Below are positions 25,959 to 38,490 of a stretch of 64,000 nt of DNA, piece by piece (position 1 is the stretch's first letter; each line of letters begins with the position of its first letter). A model generated the notes under the pieces. It did no database searches and was not told the origin of the DNA. It worked only from the letters and a program-made list of their open reading frames with translations. The translations under genes were made by a program, and so were the position numbers. Source of the DNA: Psilocybe cubensis (Eukaryota); NCBI GenBank assembly GCA_017499595.2, contig CM039009.1, positions 1,116,001 to 1,180,000 on the forward strand, written 5' to 3'.

Positions 25959-26681
25959 GGCCATCACTGCATCAACCTCGACCACCCTGTACCACAACCA
26001 CAGCAATCTTTGGCCTTGCGCCAACAGCAACCTCATTTTTGGGCCTTCTACAAACTATATGCCATTTATCTATGATGACGGTTTACCCTATTTTTTCTAT
26101 GACCTAGGAACACACATACCTGTACAATATCATAGTTTTGTAATTTATCCATGTATCAAGAGCGCATCCTCCTATGTCAGAGATGCTTCCTTCTGGGATG
26201 CCGGTAGGTCAGATAAAATTCGAGGACACGCGCCCAATGAGGTTGAACACAAGTTGAAGCGTTGAACGAACGTTTACTTTGAACATCGATCGTAAGGTTG
26301 GAAAGAAACTGTAACGTTCACCACGTGATTATACAATGTGCGTCGCGCCGTAATTTAAAGTCGCGTCGATTTGAAAATAGACCAACGATTAAGAGGCATA
26401 TCGAAATCAGTGTGTCGAAATTGTCAGGGACTGTGAATTTGGTAGGTTATGCTCTTAAGATGTAGTCGAGCTCCCAAAGACTGTTGTCGGCGTTTCCACA
26501 TAAATGCTCTGGACAGCGCAACACGTGCCAAGGGGGCGCGAACTGCCGCAGGGACAAAGACCGGAAAGTCCGAAAGTTAAGCCATTTTCGTTGCTTTGTT
26601 CGGTACCACGACAACCTCGAGACTTCAATATACATCTTATCGGTGCAGGCGCCTCCATTGAAGTGGCATTATATTTTGAGT

Positions 26682-27979
26682 ATGACCTGCCAGTGTCCCA
26701 TCTGCTTTGAAGAGATCTCCGACGGTGCCCATTCTCTGCCCTGCGGTGAGTTTTGCTACTTTCTCAATCTCTGATGAAGCTGATTCAGCCAATTGATTAT
26801 CAGGCCACATTTTTTGTACTGGCTGCGTTGAAAGCCTTGCAGGTAGCGCAAGAACAAGAAGCGGCCAGGTCAGCTGTCCATCATGCCGCCGTCTATACGT
26901 TCCTAGTAAGTGTGAAAGCCATCCTATCGAAAGCCTCTACGCTTGGTTTTGGATCTCATCGATCAAAACAGGAATGTCTGCGGAGGTGGTTCGAAGGGTC
27001 TTCTTGAATAGCAACAACCCGTCCGATTCTTCTAACACCGTACATTCTGATACCTCATCGACGTCTAGACCGATTGTTGCTAATGACGCAGAGGTTACCC
27101 TACTTCGTGAGCAATTAAACACTGCACAGAGGCAGAGGGCGGAAGCGGCTGCCGAAACCAACAGATTAAATGACGTCCTTGCAACAACCAGAAGGGAATC
27201 AATGTCAAAGTCGAACGAAATCAACAGTTTGAAACAGCAACTGCGAGATAATGCTTATGCTTTAGAACAATCCCTGAACAGTCACACTTCCTACAGAGCA
27301 TCTGCACAAGGAATCTTTGAGAGTTTTCAAAACGAAAATAACAGACTGAAAAACGAAATAATGGAATTAAAAGCCGAGCTTCGTGTCGCAAACTCCCAGT
27401 ATGTGTTGTCATTAATATCCAGCTTAGCATTAGTTGATCATCTATCTTTGTCTTCAGTATCCAGGCTAGTCGGGGAAGGTCAGTGCAATTTCTTTACATG
27501 GGTCTCTTATATACTGGCACTAATTTTGGAGGAACTTCCCGTGCGTCTCAAGGGATCCAGCAGCGTCTACCGCTGCACAATCTACCCTTGGTTCTTCGTC
27601 ATCCAGTATACCTGATGAGCCTCCTTCGGCTCGTGTCCAATCTCAGCAAACTGCCAGAATACCGAGTGCCCTCAATGGACGCGTCATTAGAACCGGCAAC
27701 ATATCCAACACTAATACCTCCTTGTTAGCGCCAGCTGTTTCCCCAGTTTCTACAGTGCCCCATCCCGCTCCTGCACAAGCACAAGCTCCAAGGCCACGCG
27801 CGCTGAAGCGTGGGGCAGATATATTGTGCAGAGGCTACAGACGTCCACAACAGACAGCCGTACCAGAATGTACTTCAGCAGACGGATATCACAATTTTAG
27901 TGGCAAAGGAAGCAATCAGTACGCAGCAAAGTATACCTGCACGGAATGCCATTTTAGATGCTCCGAAAGCAGGCGGTGA
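26682..27979 (+). CDS. RING-A: RING-HC (C3HC4) + coiled coil + C-terminal C-x6-H-x15-C-x2-C module; putative E3 ligase
   Basis: Spliced MTCQCPICFEEISDGAHSLPCG|HIFCTGCVESLAGSARTRSGQVSCPSCRRLYVP|..VRRVFL, coiled coil, Ser/Pro linker, ECTSADGYHNFSGKGSNQYAAKYTCTECHFRCSESRR*. Confidence 0.85.
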
Positions 27980-28661
27980 CAAATGTCTGTTCAAACCCTA
28001 TGTTGCAGAGCGTCCATCAACAATTTTGATAATTGGCTTTTGTAGTCATTTACACCCATATGTATTTTTTATTAGTCTGTAACTATATCCCTTGTTATGT
28101 ACGGTGTATGTTTCAACTTTTCATTACGACGCTCAAGGTCGATGACATATACGCTGAATTTTGACGTAACCATTCAGATACACAATAGTAACTTTTTTAT
28201 TGTTCAAAGCAGTGGATAATCAAGATTTTGATCAAAGAAAAGCCTACATTGCCTGAGCTTGTAGGCACCTCAGACAGGACCTGAGCACTCGATTTAAAAC
28301 TCGGACTACGGGTCGCGTCTGGTCGCGTCTTGATTTAAAGTCGCGTCGCTAACTGGTCTAATTAAAGTGACTCCATAAAAATAGATAACGCGGTAGGAGC
28401 TCGAACTGTGCATGAACTGTGCTAAGCCATTATGTGCCGTAGGGTTGGGATGTCGGGGAGAATCTTTCTCTTAATGCCTAGTACTTGCTTCGGAGATGTT
28501 TATGACTCGGCGGCGACTCAGAGTGGTCAGGAAACCAACACGTGCCTTGTCATTAGGACAAAGGCGGAGTCCACAGCGGCTGCTTCCATCCTTTTTCTTT
28601 CAGACCACCACCAGCTATTAATCCAACCCAGCAGTTACATATCCTGATAAAGCCTCAAGAG

Positions 28662-30103
28662 ATGACTCAGGGTATATTGTGCTCTGTCTGCTCGGAAAGC
28701 AATGTACATTCCACCCTGCCGTGCGGTAAGCGCTTTCTGGTGGTCTGATTAATAGTTTATTATTCCGATAAACTGATCAAGCTCTTTCACAATTAGGACA
28801 TAGTTTGTGTACTAACGGACACTTATCCTGTGCCTGGTGTCAACAACGGTGTACACCCAGTAAGTCGGAATGCACTTCATTCGATTCGGTGACTCTATCA
28901 CTAGTACCCCGGATCTTATCAATTTCTACAGAAAACACTGTGGATACGGATAAGAAGATCGCTTTGAGCAGTAAAGATAGTAGCACATCCCTTGTCTCTA
29001 AAGCTTTCGCTCTTAGGCCGGTTGCTACACAATATGCGGAAATTGCCCTTCTTCGTCAGCACTTGAAAATTTTACAGCAACAAAGAGACGAGGCTATTCA
29101 AGAGGCCAATATACTAAAAGATGTCCAACGCTCCTACCTGCGGTCTGTTGAAGCAGCGAGAGGGGAATCCATCCTAAAATCTCAAGAAAATGAACTCTTG
29201 ATCGAGAAATTGCGCAAGATGACAAGTGCTTTACAGCAAACACACGAAGAACTGGATGCGCACATCTCTTACCGGACATCTGCACAAGAAATGATTAAGA
29301 ACATTAGTAAAGATAACGCGAAATTGAAGCACGAAGTAACCGATTTGAAAGCTCAACTTCATGTATTGTCGACTCAGAATAGCAAGGGCGACCAGCTGCC
29401 TTCAGTCAAGACGGTGCTCCAGGATACTTCCAAAGCTATTTTCCGGTATAGTGCATGTTCTATTTCTTTAATATCAATCTCGCTAATCATTTTCGTAGAT
29501 TTGAGACTCAAGTTCAGGGTAATAATATTGCACATAAAGTATGGTTGTAACTGGAATGCATTCATTTCGCACACTCTGATATGTATACCTTGATTGTAGA
29601 CCAATTTTCCTTTGTTCGGAAAGAGTTCCACCACATCCTCGTGCAATGATACCACCCCGAGTCCTTCTGCGTCCAATATAAAAGAAGAACCGGCATCAGT
29701 TTATTTGCAATCTCGGCAGGTAGCCAGACTACCAGCCACCCGCCTTGACCGCGTCCGTAAATTGGTCAACACGGAGACAAGTAAACCAATTGTCCCGCAG
29801 CAGGACGGAGCTGCTTCTCCTCCAGCTCCTGCAGCTGCTGATGTTACTTCTTCGACCGCAATTAATCCTGCTCCCACTTTGTCTCGTGCCCCGATGAAAA
29901 AGAAACCCACTCTCAAAACTGGCAACGATATATTATGGCGAGGATACGGGTGTCCAAAGAATACTCCTGTTCCAGAATGCACGTCAGCGGATGGATATCA
30001 TATATTCAATGGCAAGGGTACTAATCGGTATGCGACCAAATACAACTGCGCGGTATGCCACTTCAGCTGCTCAGAGAGCAGACCCCGCTATTACCTAGAC
30101 TGA
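28662..30103 (+). CDS. RING-B: tandem paralog of RING-A with a shortened RING, coiled coil and the same C-terminal module
   Basis: MTQGILCSVCSESNVHSTLPCG|HSLCTNGHLSCAWCQQRCTP|...HISYRTSAQEMI (cf. RING-A HTSYRASAQGIF)...ECTSADGYHIFNGKGTNRYATKYNCAVCHFSCSESRP. Splicing at 29446-29599 is uncertain. Confidence 0.75.
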
Positions 30104-30666
30104 TTATGGGTACTAGTAGCCCAATGCATTGTAAGTAGCTCCAAATCTTGTATACCATGTACTATTAGGAGTTTTCTTCTCTCTTTACTTGTATATTATG
30201 ACTCTACAATACTATGTGACCTGCGCTTATGAACATATGCATCTCAAATCAGTGCTTACTTACAAGTGTTGCCCCTGTTCTAAAAATAGAGTAACATTTA
30301 CTCTTTGTCACATCATGTCACCATCACGCTTTCAAGCCGTTTTCCAGTTTTCAAACTTATTACACTCCTTGACCAGGACGATCCCCACCATTTTCCAAGC
30401 TCTCTGCCCACAAATTGTCACTTACGATGTGGTCAGATTATTAGCCTATGCTTTTGACGACTCAGACCAGCATCGATTCAAATATGTTCCCGCCTTTGGA
30501 AGTCATTGGCTGATCCAACTTACAGCGCAGCAACAGCGGCAAGACGTGGTCGTGGTAAACTTACTGTCAGGAATGACTGTTGAACACAGGTATATGGACG
30601 TTGCCCATTTAAATTCCTCGCCAGATTGTTGCTATCTAGGAAACGTTTCTTGTTCTCTGTTGTCGG

Positions 30667-32444
30667 ATGGAACGAGATACTGGGACCACCGTGCCTGCTG
30701 TGACGGGGAACGACATTCCTGACGAAGTATGGCGAATCATTGCGCAGTTGGTGTCCTCCTCCACCAGCTCAATGACACGATATATGGCTATAAACCGTAC
30801 CTTTTTCAACTATGCACTGAGCCAACGTTACCGTGAAGTACAATGGGTTGTTTTGGACCAGGCCCTAGTGAAGCAGCTTGACCGTTTGCAGTGAGTCTCA
30901 GCCTAATCACTTGTTGCAGGCAAAGCATACTGTCTCAGCGTCTCATGATATCCAATTTCCCAGGTCTCCGCTCATCGCACAGCATGTCCGCACCCTTCAC
31001 ATCCGTGCTTGGTTCATTGAATACCTTCTTCGACGCGCAGTCTTGTACAACCCATCATCCTCTTTTCGCAAAGCGAAAACTGCGCTCAAAAAATTCCTTT
31101 TACCCATTTCTTCCAAGTTCGGTGCTGTACATTTCCTCCATATTCGTCCTTCCAGGCCGCCGTGGATACTTCAACACGAACAAGAACGAGCTAAAGATGG
31201 CATGCTTTCCTTTGAAGTAGTAATTAGGTCAATGATTCAGGCCATCGCGGGGATGACGAACGTAGTAGAATTCAACTTCGAGTGGCGGGATCTTCCTGTC
31301 AACAGGGACACGCTGATGTTTTTGATATTGACGAGGACGGCCTTTGATAGAAGCTTGCGTAAGCTCAACCTGCGCGCGCCGATAGCGAAATTCAAGGAGC
31401 TTCTGCCTAATGCTAACTTTGACAACATTGAGGATCTCACTCTCCACTTTGACTACAGGACAAGTGATCAGCCTTCTAAAACGTTGGCAGATCTCGATGC
31501 GCAACAACTGCTGGACACCGTCGTTCCATTTATTGCCCAGCGCCGCTCTTCACTGCAATCTCTTACCATCTCTTCCTCAGCTTTAACTGACCTTTCATCC
31601 TTCTTCTCTGCTTTTCCCACTGATTTTATCTCTTTGAGGGAGTTCAGCTTTGATATTTCATTCCACAGCGATTTGCTTTCGGATTTGAATGGAATCATCA
31701 AATTCCTGGAATCCTGTCGGTTTTCTCTAAGACATGTTTCACTGGCGGCTAATTGGGAGCATCAACACGTAGGATTGCTTTCATATGCACAGGCTTTTGA
31801 CGACACGAATGGAAACCTTGTGGATAATGGCAGTCATAGTGGTGATGTGGACACTAGGAACCACAACCCATGGATCCGGATGAATAACCTTCTGCTCGTC
31901 CATTCTACCTGCCTTTCCAATCTCCACAATCTCGCAATCCCCTTCATATCCCTCTCCAACACCTTACCTCTTGTCCGCAGGTCGTGTGACACGTTGACAC
32001 ACCTATGTTTGACCGGGCGGTTTCTCACTCTGGATGAGGTTGAAGGAGTTGCTGGATTGTTCAGCCACCGTTCGCTGGAAATTACACGCCTGCAGATCAT
32101 GGTAGGATGTTTCGACAGGAGGGTGCTGGCAACGCTGGCGAAGGGCATGCCAGACTTAGGGGCCCTTGTGATGGCATTTGAGAATATGGGTGACGTGAGT
32201 TTTTTTGGCTTCATGTAGCTTCCGTCTTTGATCCTTTATTGACTCCATCATTTATTATTTCTTTTTCTTCCTTATCATGAAGTTGACTTACGAGACTCGT
32301 GAGGCCGCCCTTGATGAGTGGAGGTTATCCTTCATCAAGGTATATGATCGACATCTCAGACGAGTATACAGCGAGACTATTAGGAAGCGAGGCGCAGGAA
32401 CTTCACTGCTCCATCGTCTGCAAAGGGAAATGATTTACTATTAA
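30667..32444 (+). CDS. F-box-like + LRR-like protein (3 exons)
   Basis: IPDEVWRIIAQ...MAINRTFFNYALSQRYREV (F-box-like) spliced to SPLIAQHVRTLHIR...LRKLNLR...LQSLTI...LTHLCLTGRFLT; last exon LTYETRE...IYY*. Confidence 0.8.
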
Positions 32445-32933
32445 TCCGGCCTTGGATGTTCTGGAAAGTGGAGTAGCGCGATAGAACATTTTTTTTGTTC
32501 AGCTTGGACAAAGCTTGGATCCCTTTCTGCTTCGCTTCGGGTACAAAGGGCAACATAATTAAACGTGTGCAGTTTACACTTTAAATTCAGAAAAGCCCTG
32601 TCCGTCAAGCAACGCTCTTTGTGACTTCCTGAAGGGTAACCCCACACAATAGCGACACTTACGAGAATACGCGTATTCAATCAATTTCGATGACATTTTT
32701 TGCAATTGTTCGTGTGATCTCGGATTCTTTTGTAGCTTCCGCCTCGAGGACGACTACAGGTTACAATGCTTACTGCCAAGGAGTTAGAACAAAGGCAAAA
32801 GCATAAAGGTTGGGATTTAACGAACCTCGTCATTCAATATTTCCATCATTGCACTCCCTGTGCCATCCTCGCCGAAGTAGTTTGCCACTGTAAACCTCTA
32901 GTCCGATCTCTTCAACCCACCTTCATTGTCGCG

Positions 32934-33663
32934 ATGACTAGTAATCCCATCTGCGAGGTATGCATTGAGAATCTCGGCAGCTCACCGTACAGTCTGGAAT
33001 GTGGTGAGCATCGATGTTAATCTAATATCTGGTAGACATCTGTTAACCATTTGGCTATTATACAGGCCATCTTTTATGCACTGCTTGCGTTGATAGGGTC
33101 TTACCAGACCAGCAGACTATCTTCCTAAAGGTCCCTTGCCCAAATGCAACTTGTATTGAGAACGTTCTCTTCAGTTTGTACCCATCGTCAATTTAAAAAA
33201 AAAGCTAGACTGATTGCATTTTCAACATTTAGAAAGGTCGTCGGCGCATATTAGGACAATATACATGACCCTAGACGAGCCAACTACCGAAACTCCATCG
33301 AGAGGACGATCAGGCAGAACGTCGTCCGGGGCCCGGTCAACCTCCCGCCCTCCCATGATTACTCGATCCAAACAAAGGGAAATCAACCAACAGAAATTAG
33401 TCGCAGACACCCTTGCAGCGGCAAACCTCCAGGTAGAGGAAGCGACGGGCAAGATGGAGGATCTGCAACATAAATTGCAGATCACACAGGAACGTCTGGA
33501 GTCGGCTGCTAGAAAGACACATGAATTGGAGAAAAAAGTTGTGTTGGAAAGCGCGGAGGCAAGTCGAAAGACGGTGCAGTATGTATTTTGCGCCATTGCA
33601 TTCACAGCTCTTATTGCATTAATGTTTTACTATTACTTTGGTATACTTGGTTCACAGAATTGA
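32934..33663 (+). CDS. RING-C: RING-HC + coiled coil + C-terminal transmembrane anchor
   Basis: MTSNPICEVCIENLGSSPYSLECG|HLLCTACVDRVLP...VPCPNATC...|..AHIRTIYM, coiled coil, then YVFCAIAFTALIALMFYYYFGILGSQN*. Confidence 0.8.
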
Positions 33664-34803
33664 TTGGGATTTCAGATACTTTATTACTTGGCCGCCTATT
33701 ATTTAGATATGTATTAATACTCAGCACTGCATGGAATAATGTGTACATATTCTTGTTGACATCATCAAACTCTCCGATGTGGGGTGCGACGGTAACTAAG
33801 CTAGTAAACCAATCTTTTCTTTTTGTGCGCACTTGGTATCTACAAGACGCTCATCAGTCTTGTAGATATGGCGATGCCAGTAGTAAGTGAATATACATAG
33901 ACTGTGGAGCCGCCATCGGGGCCACACCGGGAAAAGGGAGTTTCAGTGAGGACGTTCGATATTCAAGCTTTATTGTAATGCGGATTTCTGCGCTGCAACC
34001 CTGCACGTCCGACTTGTACTTTTTGAAACTCGGAACCGAACAAAACAAACATATCAAGCTAACGGAGCTAAATGACCGCCAATTCTGATGTGCAGAACAA
34101 AAATTGAAAGACAGTTTTATTGAGTCCTAAGTTACATGTACTACAATTACGGTCTACATGGCGATTAGAATTTGCAGAGTTTTTGTTAGATAGACTCTGT
34201 TATACACTAAGTAGCCGCGGACAATTAATTGCCAAGAAAATGAGAGGAAAAGCGGGCGTTTATAGGTCGAGATAGAAAAATTGGATTCTTGCAGAACATT
34301 CCCCTCTATCAGGACCTTCACACTTAACCTCCGAGTCCCATCTGCACTACTACAGTCGCCGTCATCATCAACGTATACTAACTATAATGTCGTGCACGGT
34401 TGGACGGTCAACAAGACTTGCTTACACTATGGTCTCCGGTCCGCCAAAGTGCGCGATTTGCTTTTATAAACTCGGCGAAACGGCTTCCAGCTTAGAGTTA
34501 AGGCTCCAATCGTTTAGTTTGTTTATCGTTTACAAACTGTTTATTCCATTTACCGTTTAGTTTATTTTGTACTTCATGCCAAACAGTATACAAACCGTTT
34601 ACAAACAGTTTACACGGTCCCTATTCCAGGATTGATCTGAGCAACTCAATTGTCCAATAAGCATTAGTAAAACACAATTTCCAATGTTGCGGGACAGCGG
34701 TTACTGTAAGAACCGGAGAAAATTCACTGAAATGTGATTTCTGAGAGTTGGCAACGTTGCAGGCTGCAAGAGTAAGCCAGAAAATTCTACCACATACATT
34801 GAC

Positions 34804-37800
34804 ATGTCAGCACTTCCGCCTGGCAATCGTGTTACGCATTTGCACATTCAGAAAGTTGTCAAATCCTTGACTCTTCTCTCGTCGTCGCTTCCGGACAATA
34901 TACCAGTGGCTACACGGCACGATAAAATCTATACTGCAATACCTACTGCTCCTATCGAAAGTCAGGGTTCAGCCATCTTTGAGACATTTAATCGTGTCAC
35001 GGACATTCTATTTAAAGAAGATGCAGACTGTCGAGATGAGCACGGTCACTTTCGTTATATCCGTCGTGGAAAGCTTGGAATGGAAAATTTCTGTGTGTAT
35101 ATAGGCAAAATAAACTGGGAAGTCTCCGACATTCCCCTTGACCTTGTTGGGATGAAGCTGGAACGGATACTTGATGAGCTCAAATATCTTACGTGCGTAA
35201 CTAATATCTACATTTATATTCAATCTAATATGTACTTACTATTGGTTAGAAAACTTCCTCCTAAGAAAACAGGAGTCTATAACAATGCAAAGACAAAGCC
35301 GGTACCAAAAACCAAAAAGAAGGCAAAAAAAATGAGTGGAATAACTCAGGATCTAATCAATGGTGCTGTACGTGACCTTCAGAGCCTTCCTAGCAAAGGT
35401 AATGTCACATTAAACTCACGTCTAGCCCTGAATAAAAGATCTAAATACCTTGTATTAGATGGAGAGTGTACCGACATCAATTCTGAGGATGACGCTACAT
35501 TTAAACCACGCCGAAATATGGAGCGTGAGTCATCCGAAGATTCAATTTTGTCATATACCCTCGATAAGGACGGGCTTGAAGTTGATGATAGCAAGAATGA
35601 CCCAAAAAAGCGCCAGCAAGTAGTATCTGATACAGAAAGTGAAGGAGAACAGGTTAACAAGGTAAGACATTGAAATATAAGAAGTATAAGTTAACTTACT
35701 ATTGAATATTTACTGTAATAGGGCCCGTCGTACAAAAAAGCAAAGAAATCAGCAAGCGCAGCCAAATCTGCAAAGATTAAGGTCATTGATGTTGACGACG
35801 TACCTGAGGCATCAGAAACAGAAGTCAAATACAACAAAAAGGGCCCTGCAAACCACAGTCGAGCCCATTTTAGAAATCCGGTACCCGTTGTAGTACAAGG
35901 AGTTCATCGATGGGAGTTTTCGTGTAGGCACTGCAAAAAGTAAGTGACTTAATCAATCATAAAATTAGTTGCGTTACTCAGCTCTGCATAAAAATTAGGT
36001 CAGTAACGGTTCCACGGACTGTGGATAAAGAAAAGAGTTTCGACGATGAGCATCCAAAGCCAGCACTCGGAAATTTAGCAACTCACCTTAAAAAACATTC
36101 TAACCTTGACCTAACTGTACCACCTGTCGCTCCTAATGGTTCCGGCGAGCTTCGGGGAATTTCCGCAGCCTCAGCAAAAGTTATGGAGGACTATCTCAAG
36201 GACGGCGAGATTAATCCGGCTCTGGCACGAACACAGAAAGGTTTTTTTAGCGTGTTCGCAGCATGGATTCTAGAGGACGACTTACCCTTTACAACTGGTG
36301 AAACATCTGGCATTGGTCGCCTTTTCAAATACATGGAGAGCCGATACATGCTACCATCAGACACAACTGTTCGCAACTATCTTGCAAAGATTTTTTGTGA
36401 GATGAATAGAGTTGTGAAAGGCGAGTTAGAGGTACGTACATTATACTCAATACCCAATATGTGGACTAACATATTGTATTCTGTAGAGCGTCAAATCAAA
36501 AATTGCAGTCTCGACGGATGCCTGGACTACAAAATCAATGATTTTTACATTTGCGGGAACCATTGCCACCTGGGTATCGGATGACTGGGAGCTGGTAGAA
36601 CGGGTAATCGACTTTTATACAATTGTTGACAAGGAGCATGAAGGTGAGTATGCTGCCAAAGGGATGGCAAAAGCTTTGTCGGACATGGGTGTTTTAGAAA
36701 AGATGAGCCAGTTTTCATTGTGCGATGCTTACTAGATCACGATTACTTACCTAATTTAATACCTCTTAGCAGTAACCTGCGATAATGCGGCAACCAACGA
36801 TGTTCTTCTGCAAACACTATCTCGTCTTCTAATCAACAAGTTTGACATACAATTTATTCCTGAAAATGCGCAGATTCGCTGCCTTGCACACGTCATCAAT
36901 CTTGTAGTGCAAAAAATTCTTGCCACTCTTGGTGAGGCCGAACATCCTGAAAATAATGACTATTACGAAACAATGAAAGATCTGCCGGTACACTACGATG
37001 CCGACAACGATACAGCTGTTCAGGAAATGGAGCGCGAAGCTGGTGAAGGGGAAAATGGAGATGAATGCACCGCCTTTATGGTGTCTGCTGAAGACAAGGA
37101 AGATCATATACTTTTGGCCGGCTCTATGCCAGCCCTCAGCCCTCTTTTGAAGGTAGATTCTTGCATGCTGGCTGGAGCTTTCTACTTAATTGATTCAATT
37201 TTATTTTAGCTTCGCACAACCGTATCAAAGATTTTATCATCTCCTCAACGGCGTGCACAGTTTCATAAAATTGCATCAACAATGTATAGGGACGAGGTAA
37301 AACCATCTTCTAAAATTGATACCCCTTCATCAACTACAGCAGAACCGGCACCCAAAGTATTGATTGCCCATTTGCTACCTATCCGGGATGTTCGAACACG
37401 GTGGAACTATACACACGCAATGATAAAGCGGGCTCTAATGCTTAGAAATGTTTGATTTTCTTCACGTTTTGCATCTGATAAGATTGTACTGACTTTGAAT
37501 TTACTATAGGCAATTAACGGATGGGCATCGCTACATGGGTTTAGTAGCCTTGTGCTTGACCGAGAAAGCTGGTCTTATCTCGAGAAGCTTGAAACTATTC
37601 TGGAACCCTTTGCTCAGATTACACTCCAGATGTCGCATTCCAACACTCCAACATTACCCTGGGTCCTTCCAATGTATGATTTCATGGATAAACATCTCTC
37701 AAAAGCTGCGAGCGACATGAACTTGCTTCCATCACTTCAAGAAGCAGCGGCCGCAGGACTTCAAAAGCTGTACAAGTATCATGGGAAAGCTCAAAACTGT

Positions 37801-38481
37801 CATTACAACATTATTGCCACGAGTACGTTCTTAAACTATTTTGCTATTGCCACAAATGTGTCTAATCATAACTAGTGCTACATCCATTCCTTGGAATCAG
37901 ATTTTTTCGTCTAGTTGATGCTTCTGGTGACCGAGCTGCTAAAGCTCAGACCATTTTCAAGCATGCATTTGATCGTTACAAGGCTACATTTGAAAATTCT
38001 CCGAAGTCAGCAGTGCCACTTACTCGACAAAGCTCAGCCTCCTCAAGTTTTCTTGATGAAATTGCCTTCTTCGAAGACAATGCAGTAAATGAAGAGGCAA
38101 TTTCTCCCACCACAGACGAACGCGAGCATTTTCTTCAAGCTCGACAAATATTTGGTTGTGGAGAACCAAACAAACCTTTATTATGGTGGAAAGTAAGCAA
38201 TTTCGTCACTTATTAATTGTTTGGAATACTTTACTAACCATTGAGAATTGATAATTCTACAGAACTACGGGCACAACTTCCCGGTCATTAGTAGAATGGC
38301 CAAAGACTTTCTGGCTATTCCAGGAACAAGTGTCTCGGTGGAGAGACTTTTTTCAAAGTCACGTCATCTGTGTGCTGACCTCCGGTCCTCTTTGAAAGCT
38401 CAAACTATCACTGAGTCTTTGCTCTCAAAGATGTGGATTAGAGCCGGTATTTTTGACCGTGTCTTGCGACAACTTGCGTAG
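34804..38481 (+). CDS. hAT transposase (BED zinc finger, DDE core, C-terminal dimerisation domain), multi-exon
   Basis: FSCRHCKK...GNLATHLKKH (BED); STDAWTT; VTCDNAATND; IRCLAHVINL (CxxH); RDVRTRWNYT; PLLWWK...LAIPGTSVSVERLFS. No stops after manual splicing. Confidence 0.92.
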
Positions 38482-38490
38482 TCTACTGTC

